DNA of 64,000 nt from positions 1,888,001 to 1,952,000 of the forward strand of contig CBDCWG010000012.1 of the NCBI GenBank assembly GCA_965223345.1. The letters run 5' to 3'. Shown in pieces: positions 53,625 through 64,000 of the stretch (within the stretch, counting starts at the first letter, position 1; each line of letters starts with the position of its first letter). Below the pieces are notes generated by a model. That model did not search any database. It had not been told where the DNA came from and saw nothing but the letters and a program-made list of their open reading frames with translations. Both the position numbers and the translations under genes were made by a program. The DNA comes from Nitrospinales bacterium (GTDB taxonomy: Bacteria; Nitrospinota; Nitrospinia; Nitrospinales; VA-1).

Positions 53625-54140
53625 ATGTTTTTTCTGACGCAGTCCATCCTGGTCCTGTTTCTGTTCTGCACGCAGACGACCCTGCTCGAGCCGTTTTCCG
53701 TGGCGGGGGTCACGCCGGACCTGGCCCTGATTTTCGTGGTGTACTGCGGGTTTCATTTCCAGGGCAACGGCGGGGTGACGATGGGGTTTGTCATGGGCCT
53801 GCTGCAGGACTGCCTCTCGGGCGGCATTCTGGGCGTCAACACGCTTTCCAAAAGCCTGATCGGCACGTTCTTCTCCACCCTGAAAGACAAGATCCTGGTG
53901 GAAGGCTTCGTGCCGATCTTTTTCTTCCTCATCGTGGCTTCTTTGGTGGACGGCTTTATTTTTTACCTGCTTCTGGTTACCTTATTAAAGGGAAGCGTTT
54001 CGGGCCGGTTTCTGTTCGCCGAGCTTCCCATGTATGCCCTGTACAATGCCTGCGTGGGTCCGCTGTTTTTCTATTTTTTCGACATCGTGCGCAAGTGGAC
54101 CGTCCGCAGGTTTCCCAACGCATTCGTGCGGACGACCTGA
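53625..54140 (+). CDS. mreD: Rod shape-determining protein MreD
   Basis: PDLALIFV, GLLQD...LG; position between mreC and mrdA. Confidence 0.9.
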   Translation: MFFLTQSILVLFLFCTQTTLLEPFSVAGVTPDLALIFVVYCGFHFQGNGGVTMGFVMGLLQDCLSGGILGVNTLSKSLIGTFFSTLKDKILVEGFVPIFFFLIVASLVDGFIFYLLLVTLLKGSVSGRFLFAELPMYALYNACVGPLFFYFFDIVRKWTVRRFPNAFVRTT

Positions 54141-54203
54141 ACGCCTTCACAGCCACCGGGCGCGGTGCAGCGCCGGTCCGGTTTGCGGTGAGGGCCCCGA
54201 TTC

Positions 54204-56129
54204 ATGAGTGTTTTTCGCTACAATCCCGATGTCTCCGAAGGGGTGCGCAAGAAGATCAAGTTCTTCGCGGTCCTGGTGGCCATCTCGTTTCTGATCCTGT
54301 GGATGCGGGTGTGGTACCTGCAGATCCTGAAAGGACAGTACTTCCGCGAGCTTTCGGAAAACAACCGCATCCGGCACGTTTCCCTTTCCGCCTTCCGCGG
54401 CACCATCAAGGACCGCAACCACGAAACGCTGGTCAGCATCCGCCCTTCGTTCAACCTGTACGTCACACCCGAGGATGCCAGAGACCTGCCGCTGACCCTG
54501 GATTACATCCGCGACCGCATCGAATTCGACGAGGACCGGCTGTACAAGCGGATCGAGGAGACCCAGTCCTTCAAGCAGGTGCTCATCAAGTCGGACATCA
54601 GCCGCCAGGAAGTTGCGTTCATCGAGGAGAACAAGATGCGCCTGCCGGGGATCGGCATCAAGGTGGAGCCGACCCGCAGCTATGTCTATAAAGATCTGGC
54701 CGCGCATCTGCTGGGCTACCTCGGGGAGATCTCCAAATCCAAGCTCGAGCAGATGGACGACCCCCACTACTCGCAGGGAGACCTGATCGGGCAGGACGGC
54801 CTGGAAAATATTTTCGAGACCATGCTGCGCGGCAAAAAAGGCTACCGGGAAGTGGAGGTGGACGTTTCCGGCCGCGTGCTGCGCACGGTGCGCAAGCTGC
54901 CGCCCAAAAGCGGCAACGACCTGATCCTGACCCTGGATCTCCGGGTGCAGAAAGCGCTGGAGGAGATCATGAGCGGGACGTCCGAGCAGCCGATGAACGG
55001 TTCGGTGATGGTGATGCGGGTGCAGACCGGCGAGATCATCGCCGCGGTGAGCAAGCCTTCCTTCGATGCGAATCTGTTCGCGGCCGGCATCTCCCAGGAG
55101 GACTGGAAAAAACTGATCCAGGACGAGCTGCATCCCCTGCAGAACCGCACCATCAACGGCCAGTATCCGCCGGGCTCCACCTACAAGATCGTCACCGCCC
55201 TGGCGGGCCTGGAGGAAGGCGTGGTGACGCCCGATACGCAGATCTACTGCCCCGGTCATTTCAAGCTCGGGCGCGGGCGCTACCGCTGCTGGAAACGCGG
55301 CGGGCACGGCAGCGTCAACCTGCACGACGCGCTGGTCAAATCCTGCGATGTGTACTTCTACACCGTGGGCCACCGGCTGGGAATCGACACGCTGTACAAA
55401 TACGGCAAGAAGCTGGGGCTGGGGGATTTTTCCGGCATCCAGCTGATCGGCGAGAAGCGCGGTCTGCTCCCGAGTTCCGAATGGAAGTTGAAAGCCAAGA
55501 AGCAGGAATGGCTGCTGGGCGAAACCATCTCCGCGTCGATCGGGCAGGGCTACAACCTGGTCACGCCCATCCAGCAGCTCAACATGGCGGCGACGGTGGC
55601 GAACGGCGGCGCGCTGCTGCGGCCTTTTCTGGTGAAGGAAATCCGCGACCCCAACGGGCGGGTGATCAAGCAGTTTTTCCCGCAGGTGCAGCGCACGCTC
55701 GACATCTCGCATGAGCACATCGATCTGGTGCGCGAAGCGCTGCTCGGCGTGGTCAACGAACAGGGCGGCACCGGCGGCCGGGCGCGGCTGAAAAAGATCA
55801 AGGTCTCCGGGAAAACCGGCACCGCACAGGTGGTGCACATGAAGGTGACGGAAGAGATCGAAGACGAGGACCAGATCCCCTACCAGTTCCGCGACCACGC
55901 CTGGTTCGTGGCGTATGCGCCGTATGAAAAGCCGGACATCGCCGTGGTGGTGCTGGTCGAGCACGGCGGCCACGGCGGCGCGGCGGCGGCGCCGGTCGCC
56001 AAGAAGATCATGCAGACCTATTTCGAATATTACCCGCCGCAGGTCGAAGCGCTGGAAACCGTGGAAAAGGCCCAGCTGCCCGAACAGGCAAACCCCGCAC
56101 TGGCCCCTGAAACCGCCCCTGTGGAGTGA
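54204..56129 (+). CDS. mrdA: Penicillin-binding protein 2
   Basis: RGTIKDRN, PGSTYK (SxxK), SCD (SxD), KTGT. Confidence 0.96.
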   Translation: MSVFRYNPDVSEGVRKKIKFFAVLVAISFLILWMRVWYLQILKGQYFRELSENNRIRHVSLSAFRGTIKDRNHETLVSIRPSFNLYVTPEDARDLPLTLDYIRDRIEFDEDRLYKRIEETQSFKQVLIKSDISRQEVAFIEENKMRLPGIGIKVEPTRSYVYKDLAAHLLGYLGEISKSKLEQMDDPHYSQGDLIGQDGLENIFETMLRGKKGYREVEVDVSGRVLRTVRKLPPKSGNDLILTLDLRVQKALEEIMSGTSEQPMNGSVMVMRVQTGEIIAAVSKPSFDANLFAAGISQEDWKKLIQDELHPLQNRTINGQYPPGSTYKIVTALAGLEEGVVTPDTQIYCPGHFKLGRGRYRCWKRGGHGSVNLHDALVKSCDVYFYTVGHRLGIDTLYKYGKKLGLGDFSGIQLIGEKRGLLPSSEWKLKAKKQEWLLGETISASIGQGYNLVTPIQQLNMAATVANGGALLRPFLVKEIRDPNGRVIKQFFPQVQRTLDISHEHIDLVREALLGVVNEQGGTGGRARLKKIKVSGKTGTAQVVHMKVTEEIEDEDQIPYQFRDHAWFVAYAPYEKPDIAVVVLVEHGGHGGAAAAPVAKKIMQTYFEYYPPQVEALETVEKAQLPEQANPALAPETAPVE

Positions 56130-56145
56130 TCCGGTACCATTTAAA

Positions 56146-56712
56146 TTATTTCCTTTGCAAGGTTTTCAAATCGATGTGTTTTTTGCCAAGGACCACTCTA
56201 TAAAAATTCCGTCCCCACCCTCTATTGTGAATGGGTTCTTCAATATTTAAGTCGAGAATTTCCTTGGCTTCGTTATTTTGGTATTTTATTTCGTCTAAAC
56301 TGAATACGGGTGTGATTTCGATAAGGGCAATATTCTTCTCATTTTCCTTCTTGTATCGCTGATTGATGTGCAACCGTTTTATATTATAAAAACTGTTTTC
56401 GTCTGTCGGTTCCAGTACTTTGATTTGAAGGTAGGATTCCCAATTCCACAAATTAAACTTTTCATGTTCAAAATTAACAAAAATTTCTAATACCTCCCAA
56501 TTTATAGGTTCCTTTCTCATTGATCCTACCAACCTGTGGACCGGATAGTTGGCTTTTGCGGACCTTTCTCCAAACCACCCCACCAATTGCATTTTCGGTG
56601 AATATGATCTTTCAAAAGTCTTTGCGGTGGAAGGAACAGGAAAGATGTAGGCCGTTATTGTCAGAACTATCCAACATGCGAAAAGAAGAGAAGGGGAGCC
56701 TTTGAGTTTCAT
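56146..56712 (-). CDS. AT-rich hypothetical exported protein
   Basis: 188-aa ORF with a signal-peptide-like N-terminus; AT-rich. Confidence 0.65.
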   Translation of the reverse strand: MKLKGSPSLLFACWIVLTITAYIFPVPSTAKTFERSYSPKMQLVGWFGERSAKANYPVHRLVGSMRKEPINWEVLEIFVNFEHEKFNLWNWESYLQIKVLEPTDENSFYNIKRLHINQRYKKENEKNIALIEITPVFSLDEIKYQNNEAKEILDLNIEEPIHNRGWGRNFYRVVLGKKHIDLKTLQRK

Positions 56713-56813
56713 TGAAATCTTGCGGAGAATTCGATCTTGGATGATTGAGATTGAGAGCGGTTTAAGAAGTCGATTGAATACAGAGACTTGATTTTTGTAT
56801 CGGTAAAAAAGAC

Positions 56814-58805
56814 TTACTCCGCTAGCTGAAGGTCTTTCTCTCTGAGGTGTTTGATCCGGTCGCGCAGTTGCGCGGCTTTTTCGAATTCCAGGTCCTTGGC
56901 GGCGGCGTACATCTGTTTTTCCAGCTTTTCGATCCTCGCCAGTAAATTTCCCCCCGCGCTGTATTCCTCTTCCTCTTCGGCGACCACCGGCAGTTCGGCG
57001 TAATCCTGGCCCGGTCCCAGGCTGTCCTCGATGGCTTTGACGATCCCGGCGGGTTCGATGTTGTGTTCCCGGTTGTACTCCTGCTGGATGTGGCGCCGGC
57101 GGTTCATCTCCTCGATCGCCTGCTGCATCGACTGGGTGACGCTGTCCGCATACAGGATGACCTTGCCGGAGAGGTTGCGCGCGGCGCGGCCGCAGGTCTG
57201 GATCAGCGAGGTGGTCGAGCGTAAAAAACCTTCCTTGTCCGCATCGAGGATGGCCACCAGCGACACCTCGGGGATGTCCAGGCCCTCGCGCAGCAGGTTG
57301 ATGCCGATCAGCGCGTCGAACTCGCCCAGGCGCAGTTCGCGTATGATCTGGCTGCGTTCGAGGGTGGCGATGTCCGAATGCAGGTACTTCACCTTGAGCC
57401 CCATCTCGGAATAATGCTCGGTCAGGTCTTCCGAGAAGCGCTTGGTCAGCGTGGTCACCAGCGTGCGTTCGTTGCGGTCCGCTCGCTCGCGGATCTCGTT
57501 GTACAGGTCGTCCACCTGACCGGCGACGGGCTTGATGTCGATCTCCGGATCGACCAGCCCGGTGGGCCGCACGATCAGCTCGACGACGTGGTTGTCCGAC
57601 TCTTCGATCTCGTACTCTCCCGGGGTCGCCGAGACGTACACGGCGTTTTTGACGAATTTTTCGAATTCGGGGAATTTGAGCGGCCGGTTGTCGAACGCCG
57701 AGGGCAGCCGGAAGCCGTAGCGCACCAGGGTTTCCTTGCGCGACCGGTCGCCCTTGTACATGCCGCCGAGCTGCGGGATGGTGGCGTGGCTTTCGTCGAT
57801 GATGTACAGGGCGTCGTCGGGAAAATAATCGAGCAGCGTCGGAGGCGGCTCGCCCGGTTTGCGGTCGAGCAGGTGGCGGGAATAGTTTTCCACGCCCTGG
57901 CAGTAGCCGATTTCCTTGATCATCTCCAGGTCGAACAGGGTGCGCTGCTCCAGCCGCTGCGCCTCCACGAGCTGGTTGTTGCTTTCGAACCAGGCGATGC
58001 GCTCCAGCAGCTCCTCGCGGATGTTGCGCATGGCGCGTTTGAGCGGTTCCTCGGGGGTGACGTAATGGCTTGCGGGGTAGATGGCGATGCGGTCCAGCTC
58101 GCGGATGTGCTTGCGGGTCAAAGGATCGACGGCGAGGATGCGCTCGATCTGGTCGCCGAAGAACTCGATGCGCACCGCTTCGTTGCGCTCGTACACCGGC
58201 AGCACCTCCACCACGTCGCCGCGCACGCGGAACGTGCCGCGCTGGAAATCGATGTCGTTGCGCTTGTACTGGATTGACACCAGCTTTTCCAGCACGCGGT
58301 CGCGGTCGAAGGTCATGCCGGTTTCGATGAACAGCAGCATGCCGTGGTAGGCCTCCGGCGAACCCAGCCCGTAGATGCAGGAGACGCTGGCCACGATCAC
58401 CACGTCGCGCCGTTCGAACAGCGAGTGGGTGGCGGCGTGCCGCATTTTGTCTATTTCGTCGTTGATCGAGGCGTCCTTCTCGATGTAGGTGTCGGTGTTG
58501 GGCAGGTAGGCCTCGGGCTGGTAGTAATCGTAATAGCTGACGAAATAGCCCACCGCGTTGTCGGGGAAAAACGTCTTGAATTCATTGTAGAGTTGTGCGG
58601 CCAGGGTCTTGTTGTGCGCGAGCACCAGCGTCGGTTTCTGCAGCTCCTGGATCACATTCGCCATGGTGAAGGTCTTGCCGGAGCCGGTGACTCCCAAAAG
58701 GGTCTGCCGGTGGATTCCGGCGCGAAAATTGTCCACCATCTGGCGGATGGCCTTGGGCTGGTCCCCGGAGGGGCTGAAATCGGCTTTGAGCTTGAAGGGG
58801 GTCAT
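56814..58805 (-). CDS. uvrB: Excinuclease ABC subunit B
   Basis: [29 protein letters not shown]-terminal UVR domain. Confidence 0.98.
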   Translation of the reverse strand: MTPFKLKADFSPSGDQPKAIRQMVDNFRAGIHRQTLLGVTGSGKTFTMANVIQELQKPTLVLAHNKTLAAQLYNEFKTFFPDNAVGYFVSYYDYYQPEAYLPNTDTYIEKDASINDEIDKMRHAATHSLFERRDVVIVASVSCIYGLGSPEAYHGMLLFIETGMTFDRDRVLEKLVSIQYKRNDIDFQRGTFRVRGDVVEVLPVYERNEAVRIEFFGDQIERILAVDPLTRKHIRELDRIAIYPASHYVTPEEPLKRAMRNIREELLERIAWFESNNQLVEAQRLEQRTLFDLEMIKEIGYCQGVENYSRHLLDRKPGEPPPTLLDYFPDDALYIIDESHATIPQLGGMYKGDRSRKETLVRYGFRLPSAFDNRPLKFPEFEKFVKNAVYVSATPGEYEIEESDNHVVELIVRPTGLVDPEIDIKPVAGQVDDLYNEIRERADRNERTLVTTLTKRFSEDLTEHYSEMGLKVKYLHSDIATLERSQIIRELRLGEFDALIGINLLREGLDIPEVSLVAILDADKEGFLRSTTSLIQTCGRAARNLSGKVILYADSVTQSMQQAIEEMNRRRHIQQEYNREHNIEPAGIVKAIEDSLGPGQDYAELPVVAEEEEEYSAGGNLLARIEKLEKQMYAAAKDLEFEKAAQLRDRIKHLREKDLQLAE

Positions 58806-59057
58806 GGCGGCGCCTTGTAGAATCAAACAGAATTTAAAATAGCACAGATTTTATGGTAAATTAAATAGCTCGGTGAATCAGCAAACCGGCTGTTTCCCGC
58901 CTTCCTATTCCCTTCTAGCCGACCGTTCCGTTCGCTTGCGCGGGCGGGATTTGCCGTTTTGGGCCTGCGGGCGCCAAACCGGGGGGACGCGCAGGACAGG
59001 AGCGTGCATCTAAAGGATGCCGGACGGCAAATCAAACCCTCTTTGGAACGGGCCTCT

Positions 59058-60245
59058 GTGGAAACCGAACAGGAAATCATCAAAACCTTCCAGATCGGCA
59101 AGACAACCATCACCCTGATCGGGACGGCGCATGTGTCCCGCCACAGCGTGCAGATGGTGGAAGACCAGATCAACAGCGGCCAGTACGACTGCGTCGCGGT
59201 GGAGTTGTGCGACCCGAGGCTGGAAAATCTGTCCAACCGCTCCTGGTGGAAAAACCTCGATATCTATCAGGTGTTCCGCCAGCGCAAGGCCACGCTGCTG
59301 CTCATCAACCTGGCGCTCTCGGCGTATCAGCGCCGGCTGGCGGAAAAAATCGGCGTCGAAGCGGGCAAGGAGATGATCCGCGCCATCGAACTGGCCGCGG
59401 AAAAGGACATCCGCCTGGAAGTGATCGATCGCAACATCACCACGACGCTGCAGCGGATGGTCACGCGGGTGTCGTTCTGGCAGAAGCTCAGGGTGTTTTC
59501 CGGGCTGGTGGCGGGGATCTTCGTCGGCGAGGAAGTCACCGAGGAACAGATCGAAAATCTGAAAAAAGGCGATATGCTGCACAACGTGGTCGAGGAGTTC
59601 GGCGAATCGCTGCCGCAGTTCAAGCAGGTGCTGATCGACGAACGCGATGAGTACATGACGGGCAATCTGGTGCGGCTGGCCGAATCCGACAACCCGCCGC
59701 AAAACGTGCTGGCGCTGGTGGGGGCCGGGCATCTGATCGGCATGGAGCCGGCGTTTTCCAACCCCCCCGACGACGCGCGCATGCAGGAACTCGAAGAAAA
59801 GCCGCCGCCAAGCCGGCTCGCGCATTATTTCGGCTGGATTATCTGCGCCTTCATCCTCAGCATGTTTTATGTGGGGTACAGCCGTTCGCCGGAGTTGGGG
59901 ATGCAGCTTGTGATCACCTGGGTGGTGGTCAACGGCGGGTTGAGTTCCCTGGGGACGGCGATCGCGCTGGGGCATCCGATTTCGATCTTGACGGCGTTTG
60001 TGGCCGCGCCCTTGACCTCGCTGGTGCCGACCATCGGCGCGGGCATGGTGGTGGGGCTGGTGGAATCGTATCTTCGCAAACCCAAGGTGGCCGATTTCGA
60101 AGCGCTGCGCGAGGACATCGGCTCGCTCAAAATGTGGTGGCACAACCGGGTGCTGCGCGTGCTGATGGTGTTTTTCTTCGCCAGCCTGGGGTCGATGTTC
60201 GGCACCTACATCGCGGGCGCGTCGATGGTGACCCAGATTTTCTAG
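59058..60245 (+). CDS. TraB/GumN (pheromone shutdown) family protein
   Basis: IGTAHVS, VAVELC, DR...TL.R, ERDEYM, VGAGH, C-terminal TMs. Start uncertain. Confidence 0.9.
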   Translation: METEQEIIKTFQIGKTTITLIGTAHVSRHSVQMVEDQINSGQYDCVAVELCDPRLENLSNRSWWKNLDIYQVFRQRKATLLLINLALSAYQRRLAEKIGVEAGKEMIRAIELAAEKDIRLEVIDRNITTTLQRMVTRVSFWQKLRVFSGLVAGIFVGEEVTEEQIENLKKGDMLHNVVEEFGESLPQFKQVLIDERDEYMTGNLVRLAESDNPPQNVLALVGAGHLIGMEPAFSNPPDDARMQELEEKPPPSRLAHYFGWIICAFILSMFYVGYSRSPELGMQLVITWVVVNGGLSSLGTAIALGHPISILTAFVAAPLTSLVPTIGAGMVVGLVESYLRKPKVADFEALREDIGSLKMWWHNRVLRVLMVFFFASLGSMFGTYIAGASMVTQIF

Positions 60246-60254
60246 GATAACGGC

Positions 60255-61181
60255 ATGCTGCAAGCGCAAATCGCCGTGACGCCGCCGGCGTTTTGCCGGT
60301 CGCAGGTTCTCAGGCAGGCATTGACCGAACGCTTTGCCGCTGTCCGGTTCAACGAACGGGACGGCTATCTGTCCGGTCCCGAGCTGGTGGAGTTTCTGCG
60401 CGGGGCGCAGGGGGCGATCGTCGGCCGCGACCCGGTCGATGCGGGCATCGTGAAGGCGCTTCCGGATTTGAAAATAATCGCCAAATACGGCGTGGGCCTC
60501 GACAACGTCGATCAAAAGGCGCTCGCCGATCGCGGCGTTGCGCTCGGCTGGACCCAGGGGGTCAACCGGCTGTCGGTGGCGGAGCTGGCGCTGGGGTTCA
60601 TGATCGGTTTGTGCCACAATGTGTTTGTGGCGGGCGCGGCGCTGAAACAGAATAACTGGAACAAGGACGGCGGCCGCCAGTTGACCGGGAAAACCGTGGG
60701 CATCGTCGGCTGCGGCCACGTGGGCTCGGAAGTGATCCGCCTGCTGGCGCCGTACCGCTGCCGCGTGCTGGTGCGCGACATCCTGGACAAATCCGAATTC
60801 TGCAACGCGCACGCCGCCGAACCGGTGAGCTTCGACGATCTGATCGCCCGTGCTGACATCGTGTCGCTGCATGTGCCGTTGACCGAACTCACGCGCGGGA
60901 TGATCGACTGCGAGGTGCTTTCCCGCATGCGCTCCGGCGCGTTTCTGATCAACACCAGCCGTGGCGGGGTGGTGTGCGAAAACGACCTCAAGGCGGCGCT
61001 CCAGACCGGGGAGATCGCCGGGGCCGCTCTGGACGTGTTCGCGACAGAGCCTCCCGAGGATTTGGAGTTGCTGCGGCTTCCCAATCTGATGGCGACGCCG
61101 CATATCGGCGGCAACACGGTGGAAGCGGTGGAGGCGATGGGGCGTTCTGCGATCGCGCATCTGGTGGAGTATTTCAAGTGA
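60255..61181 (+). CDS. D-isomer-specific 2-hydroxyacid (phosphoglycerate dehydrogenase-like) dehydrogenase
   Basis: GVGLDNVD, GIVGCGHVG, INTSRG, LDVF..EP, TPHIGG. Confidence 0.92.
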   Translation: MLQAQIAVTPPAFCRSQVLRQALTERFAAVRFNERDGYLSGPELVEFLRGAQGAIVGRDPVDAGIVKALPDLKIIAKYGVGLDNVDQKALADRGVALGWTQGVNRLSVAELALGFMIGLCHNVFVAGAALKQNNWNKDGGRQLTGKTVGIVGCGHVGSEVIRLLAPYRCRVLVRDILDKSEFCNAHAAEPVSFDDLIARADIVSLHVPLTELTRGMIDCEVLSRMRSGAFLINTSRGGVVCENDLKAALQTGEIAGAALDVFATEPPEDLELLRLPNLMATPHIGGNTVEAVEAMGRSAIAHLVEYFK

Positions 61182-61954
61182 TGAAACGGATCAGGTTGGC
61201 TATCCTCATTGTTTTTGGTGTTCTGTCTGCGGAGTTGGCTGCGCAGGAGAGCGAGCCGTTGCGGCTGCTGCAGGAAAAAAAGCAGTGGGAGGAGCGTCAA
61301 CTGGAGCGGCTTGCGGAAATGGTGCGGATACCGGCCGGGAAGTTCGTGATGGGGTATGACGGCGGCCAGGAGGACGAGAAGCCCGCGCACACGGTTTTCC
61401 TGGACGCGTTCGACATCGACAAATACGAGGTGACGCAGCTTGAGTACCAATCGGTGATCGGCAGCAATCCGAGTTATTTCGGCAACTGCCCGCTGTGTCC
61501 CGTCGAAAAGGTGACGCACGAAGACGCGGCGGCGTATTGTGAGAAAATCGACAAGCGCCTGCCCACCGAGGCGGAGTGGGAGAAAGCCGCGCGCGGCGGA
61601 TTGCAGGAAGTCACCTACTGGGGCGGGGATTTCCCCACGGAGTTTGCCTGGTACGGCAACAACTCCGGCCGCAGGAGCCATCCGGTGGGGACAATGAAAC
61701 CCAATCCGTTTGGTTTGCACGACATGGCCGGCAATGTGCAGGAGTGGGTGCAGGACTGGTACGATCCCGCCTATTACCGCAACAGCCCGGCTGAAAACCC
61801 CAAGGGGCCTGCCAGCGGAACCACCCGGGTGCTGCGCGGCGGTGGCTGGGGGCATGTTCCCGAACTGTTGCGCCACACCCTGCGCGAACACCGCGAACCG
61901 AAAACCCGCTACATCACCGCCGGTTTTCGCTGCGCCGCCGACCTCAAATCCTGA
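61181..61954 (+). CDS. Exported formylglycine-generating enzyme (SUMF1/FGE-sulfatase) domain protein
   Basis: Signal peptide; FVMG, YEVT, RLPTEAEWEKAARG, GLHDMAGNV.EW, RGG, GFRC. Confidence 0.92.
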   Translation: MKRIRLAILIVFGVLSAELAAQESEPLRLLQEKKQWEERQLERLAEMVRIPAGKFVMGYDGGQEDEKPAHTVFLDAFDIDKYEVTQLEYQSVIGSNPSYFGNCPLCPVEKVTHEDAAAYCEKIDKRLPTEAEWEKAARGGLQEVTYWGGDFPTEFAWYGNNSGRRSHPVGTMKPNPFGLHDMAGNVQEWVQDWYDPAYYRNSPAENPKGPASGTTRVLRGGGWGHVPELLRHTLREHREPKTRYITAGFRCAADLKS

Positions 61955-61960
61955 AACAGT

Positions 61961-62569
61961 ATGAGCGGATCGGACGAGCTGGGCTACACGCAGAACGACT
62001 GGCAGGGCCATTACGATGCGGACGATCTGAAATGGGATCTGGGAAAACCGGCGCCGCCTTTCGTCCACTACTGGCAACAGCAGGCTCCGGCGCCGGGCGC
62101 GGCGATCGTGCCGGGCTGCGGCCGCGGGCACGAGGTGGTGTTTCTGATCCGGCAGGGGTTTCGCGTTACCGCGGTCGATTACGCGGCGGGGGCTGTGCAG
62201 CGGCTCAACCGCGCGCTCGCGCAGGCGGGGCTGGAAGCCGCGGTCTTGCAGATGGATTTTTTCGATCTGGATGCAAGCCACGACAACCGCTACGACCTGA
62301 TGCTGGAACACACGTTTTTCTGTGCCATCCATCCGTCGCAGCGCGAAGCGTATGTCGCCATCGCCGGCCGGATCCTCAAGCCGGGCGGGTTGCTGGTGGC
62401 GCTGTTCTACGAGACCGGAGAGAATGGCGGCCCGCCGTTCAACACGCCCGAAGAGGAAGTGCGGCGGCATTTTTCCGGCCGCTTTGTCATCGAGAGGCTG
62501 GAGAGAACCCCGCATTCCGACGAGCGGCGCAAGGACAAGGAATGGTTCGCGCTGATCCGCAAAAAGTGA
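61961..62569 (+). CDS. TPMT/thiol-halide methyltransferase family protein
   Basis: WDLG...PP, VPGCGRGHE, DFF, EHTFFCAI, GPPF. Confidence 0.9.
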   Translation: MSGSDELGYTQNDWQGHYDADDLKWDLGKPAPPFVHYWQQQAPAPGAAIVPGCGRGHEVVFLIRQGFRVTAVDYAAGAVQRLNRALAQAGLEAAVLQMDFFDLDASHDNRYDLMLEHTFFCAIHPSQREAYVAIAGRILKPGGLLVALFYETGENGGPPFNTPEEEVRRHFSGRFVIERLERTPHSDERRKDKEWFALIRKK

Positions 62570-62669
62570 AGCTGGGTTTTATGCGCGATCGATTCCGGTG
62601 GTATAATTTTCAATTGGGGAGCGCCCGACACGGCTCATCTTATGATGACTCATTCCAACGCGACCGAAA

Positions 62670-64000
62670 ATGAAAACGATTAAAAAGAAAATCTATTCTG
62701 GAATATTCCGCGATGGCGGCGCGGGGCCCAATGCCAAGCGCCGTTTTCGTGAGCGGCGCAAAAAACTGATGCAGCGCGAAAACAAGCTCATGGTGATCAC
62801 GGGTGTTCCGTACGGGCCCGGTGGCGAGACGGTCTGGTCGTACGCGCACTCGCCGACCTACCAGGAACCCGCCATGATGTACCTGACGGGCATCAATCAG
62901 TCCAATGTGATCCTGCTTTTGGACCCCGGCTCGAAAGAATCGAAGGAAATCCTGTTCGTGGACGAGAAGGATCCGAAGAACGAATTCTGGAACGGCATCC
63001 GCTTCGGCGTGGGCGATCCCAAAAGCGTTAAGGAAGTGCAGCGGGTGACGGGCATCGAGGATGTGCGCGACATTCGCGATTTCAAGATCGTTTTGAAGGA
63101 GTGTTATCTCAAACAGAAAAAGAAACAGCTGGGCACGTTGTGGATGGAGGGAACCCGCAACGGACGCAAGAAAATCATCCGCACCGATCACAACTGGGAA
63201 TTCAAATCGCAGGTTGCGCGCTGGGTACGGGCGTGGAATTCTGGGAGCGGCGAGGTGGTGAACATCATGAAGAACCACTTCGACCTCAGGCTGCCGCTCG
63301 ACAAATACGACGAGGCCAACACGAAAAAGGCCAACGAGATCACCGGCCGTGCCTTTCGCGCGACGCTGGGGAAATTCCGCGAGTTCCACAACGAGGCCCA
63401 GGTGCAGGGGTACCTGGAAGGCCAGATGCTGATGAATTCCTCTTTCGGGTTGAGCTTCCCTTCCATCGTCGCTTCCGGGCGCAACGCCACCGTGCTGCAT
63501 TACATGAAGAACGACGACGATTTTTCCCGCGGCGAACTGGTGCTCATCGATTTCGGTGTGCGCTGGATGACGATGCACGCGGACATCTCGCGCACCGTGC
63601 CGGCATCGGGAAAATTCAATCCGCTGCAGAGGATGCTCTATGAGATCGTGCTCAACGCGCAGCTGGAAGTACAGAAAATGGCCAAAATGGGCCTCACCAT
63701 CGATGCGCTCAACGACCGTTGCTGGGAGACGGTGAATGCGGGGCTGCACAAACGGTTCCACGGGGCGGGCGGCAAGTGCAAGCTGCGCTACAAGGACCGG
63801 CCGCACGGCGTCAGCCACCTGATGGGAGAGCAGGAGCACGACGGCGATCCCTTCCGCAATTATTCCAAGGAGCCGATGAAGGCGGGGTGGCTGATCAGCA
63901 ACGAGCCGGGGGTGTACGGCGAGTTCAAGATCAAGCTGGATGGAAAGACCTACGACGAAGAGATCGGCATTCGCATCGAGGACAATCTGCTGATCACGGA
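62670..64000 (+). CDS. pepP: Xaa-Pro aminopeptidase (aminopeptidase P), 3'-truncated by the window end
   Basis: Hand translation from ATG 62670: YLTG, FWNG, IVASG.NA..LHY, LIDFG, ADISRT, HGVSH, NEPG, GIRIED. Confidence 0.88.
   Translation, partial: MKTIKKKIYSGIFRDGGAGPNAKRRFRERRKKLMQRENKLMVITGVPYGPGGETVWSYAHSPTYQEPAMMYLTGINQSNVILLLDPGSKESKEILFVDEKDPKNEFWNGIRFGVGDPKSVKEVQRVTGIEDVRDIRDFKIVLKECYLKQKKKQLGTLWMEGTRNGRKKIIRTDHNWEFKSQVARWVRAWNSGSGEVVNIMKNHFDLRLPLDKYDEANTKKANEITGRAFRATLGKFREFHNEAQVQGYLEGQMLMNSSFGLSFPSIVASGRNATVLHYMKNDDDFSRGELVLIDFGVRWMTMHADISRTVPASGKFNPLQRMLYEIVLNAQLEVQKMAKMGLTIDALNDRCWETVNAGLHKRFHGAGGKCKLRYKDRPHGVSHLMGEQEHDGDPFRNYSKEPMKAGWLISNEPGVYGEFKIKLDGKTYDEEIGIRIEDNLLIT

Overview
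GC-rich bacterial chromosomal window, mostly housekeeping genes; the gene style suggests a Nitrospinota-like chemolithotroph, but that is unverified inference. Content in order: a complex I operon nuoA-M with no nuoN, sfsA, tgt, an MscS-like gene, argF/argD, comF, nhaD, ispA-dxs-hisB-hisH, an accessory block (catalase + ankyrin, tandem lipoprotein paralogues), smpB, mtaB, fis, a split/mosaic GlmU pair, glmS, a thiD-thiN fusion, ppiD, mreBCD-mrdA, uvrB, traB and a truncated pepP. Several small AT-rich one- or two-gene islets sit at the ends of core genes. The most unusual region is around smpB (37.2-39.3 kb). It has two cassettes bounded by inverted repeats built from short tandem units: one carries a GxxExxY nuclease, the other an AT-rich membrane ORF frameshifted at a poly-A tract. 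It also has a GNAT gene bracketed by two diverged copies of the smpB 3' end. No rRNA, tRNA, tmRNA, CRISPR array, integrase or transposase was recognised.
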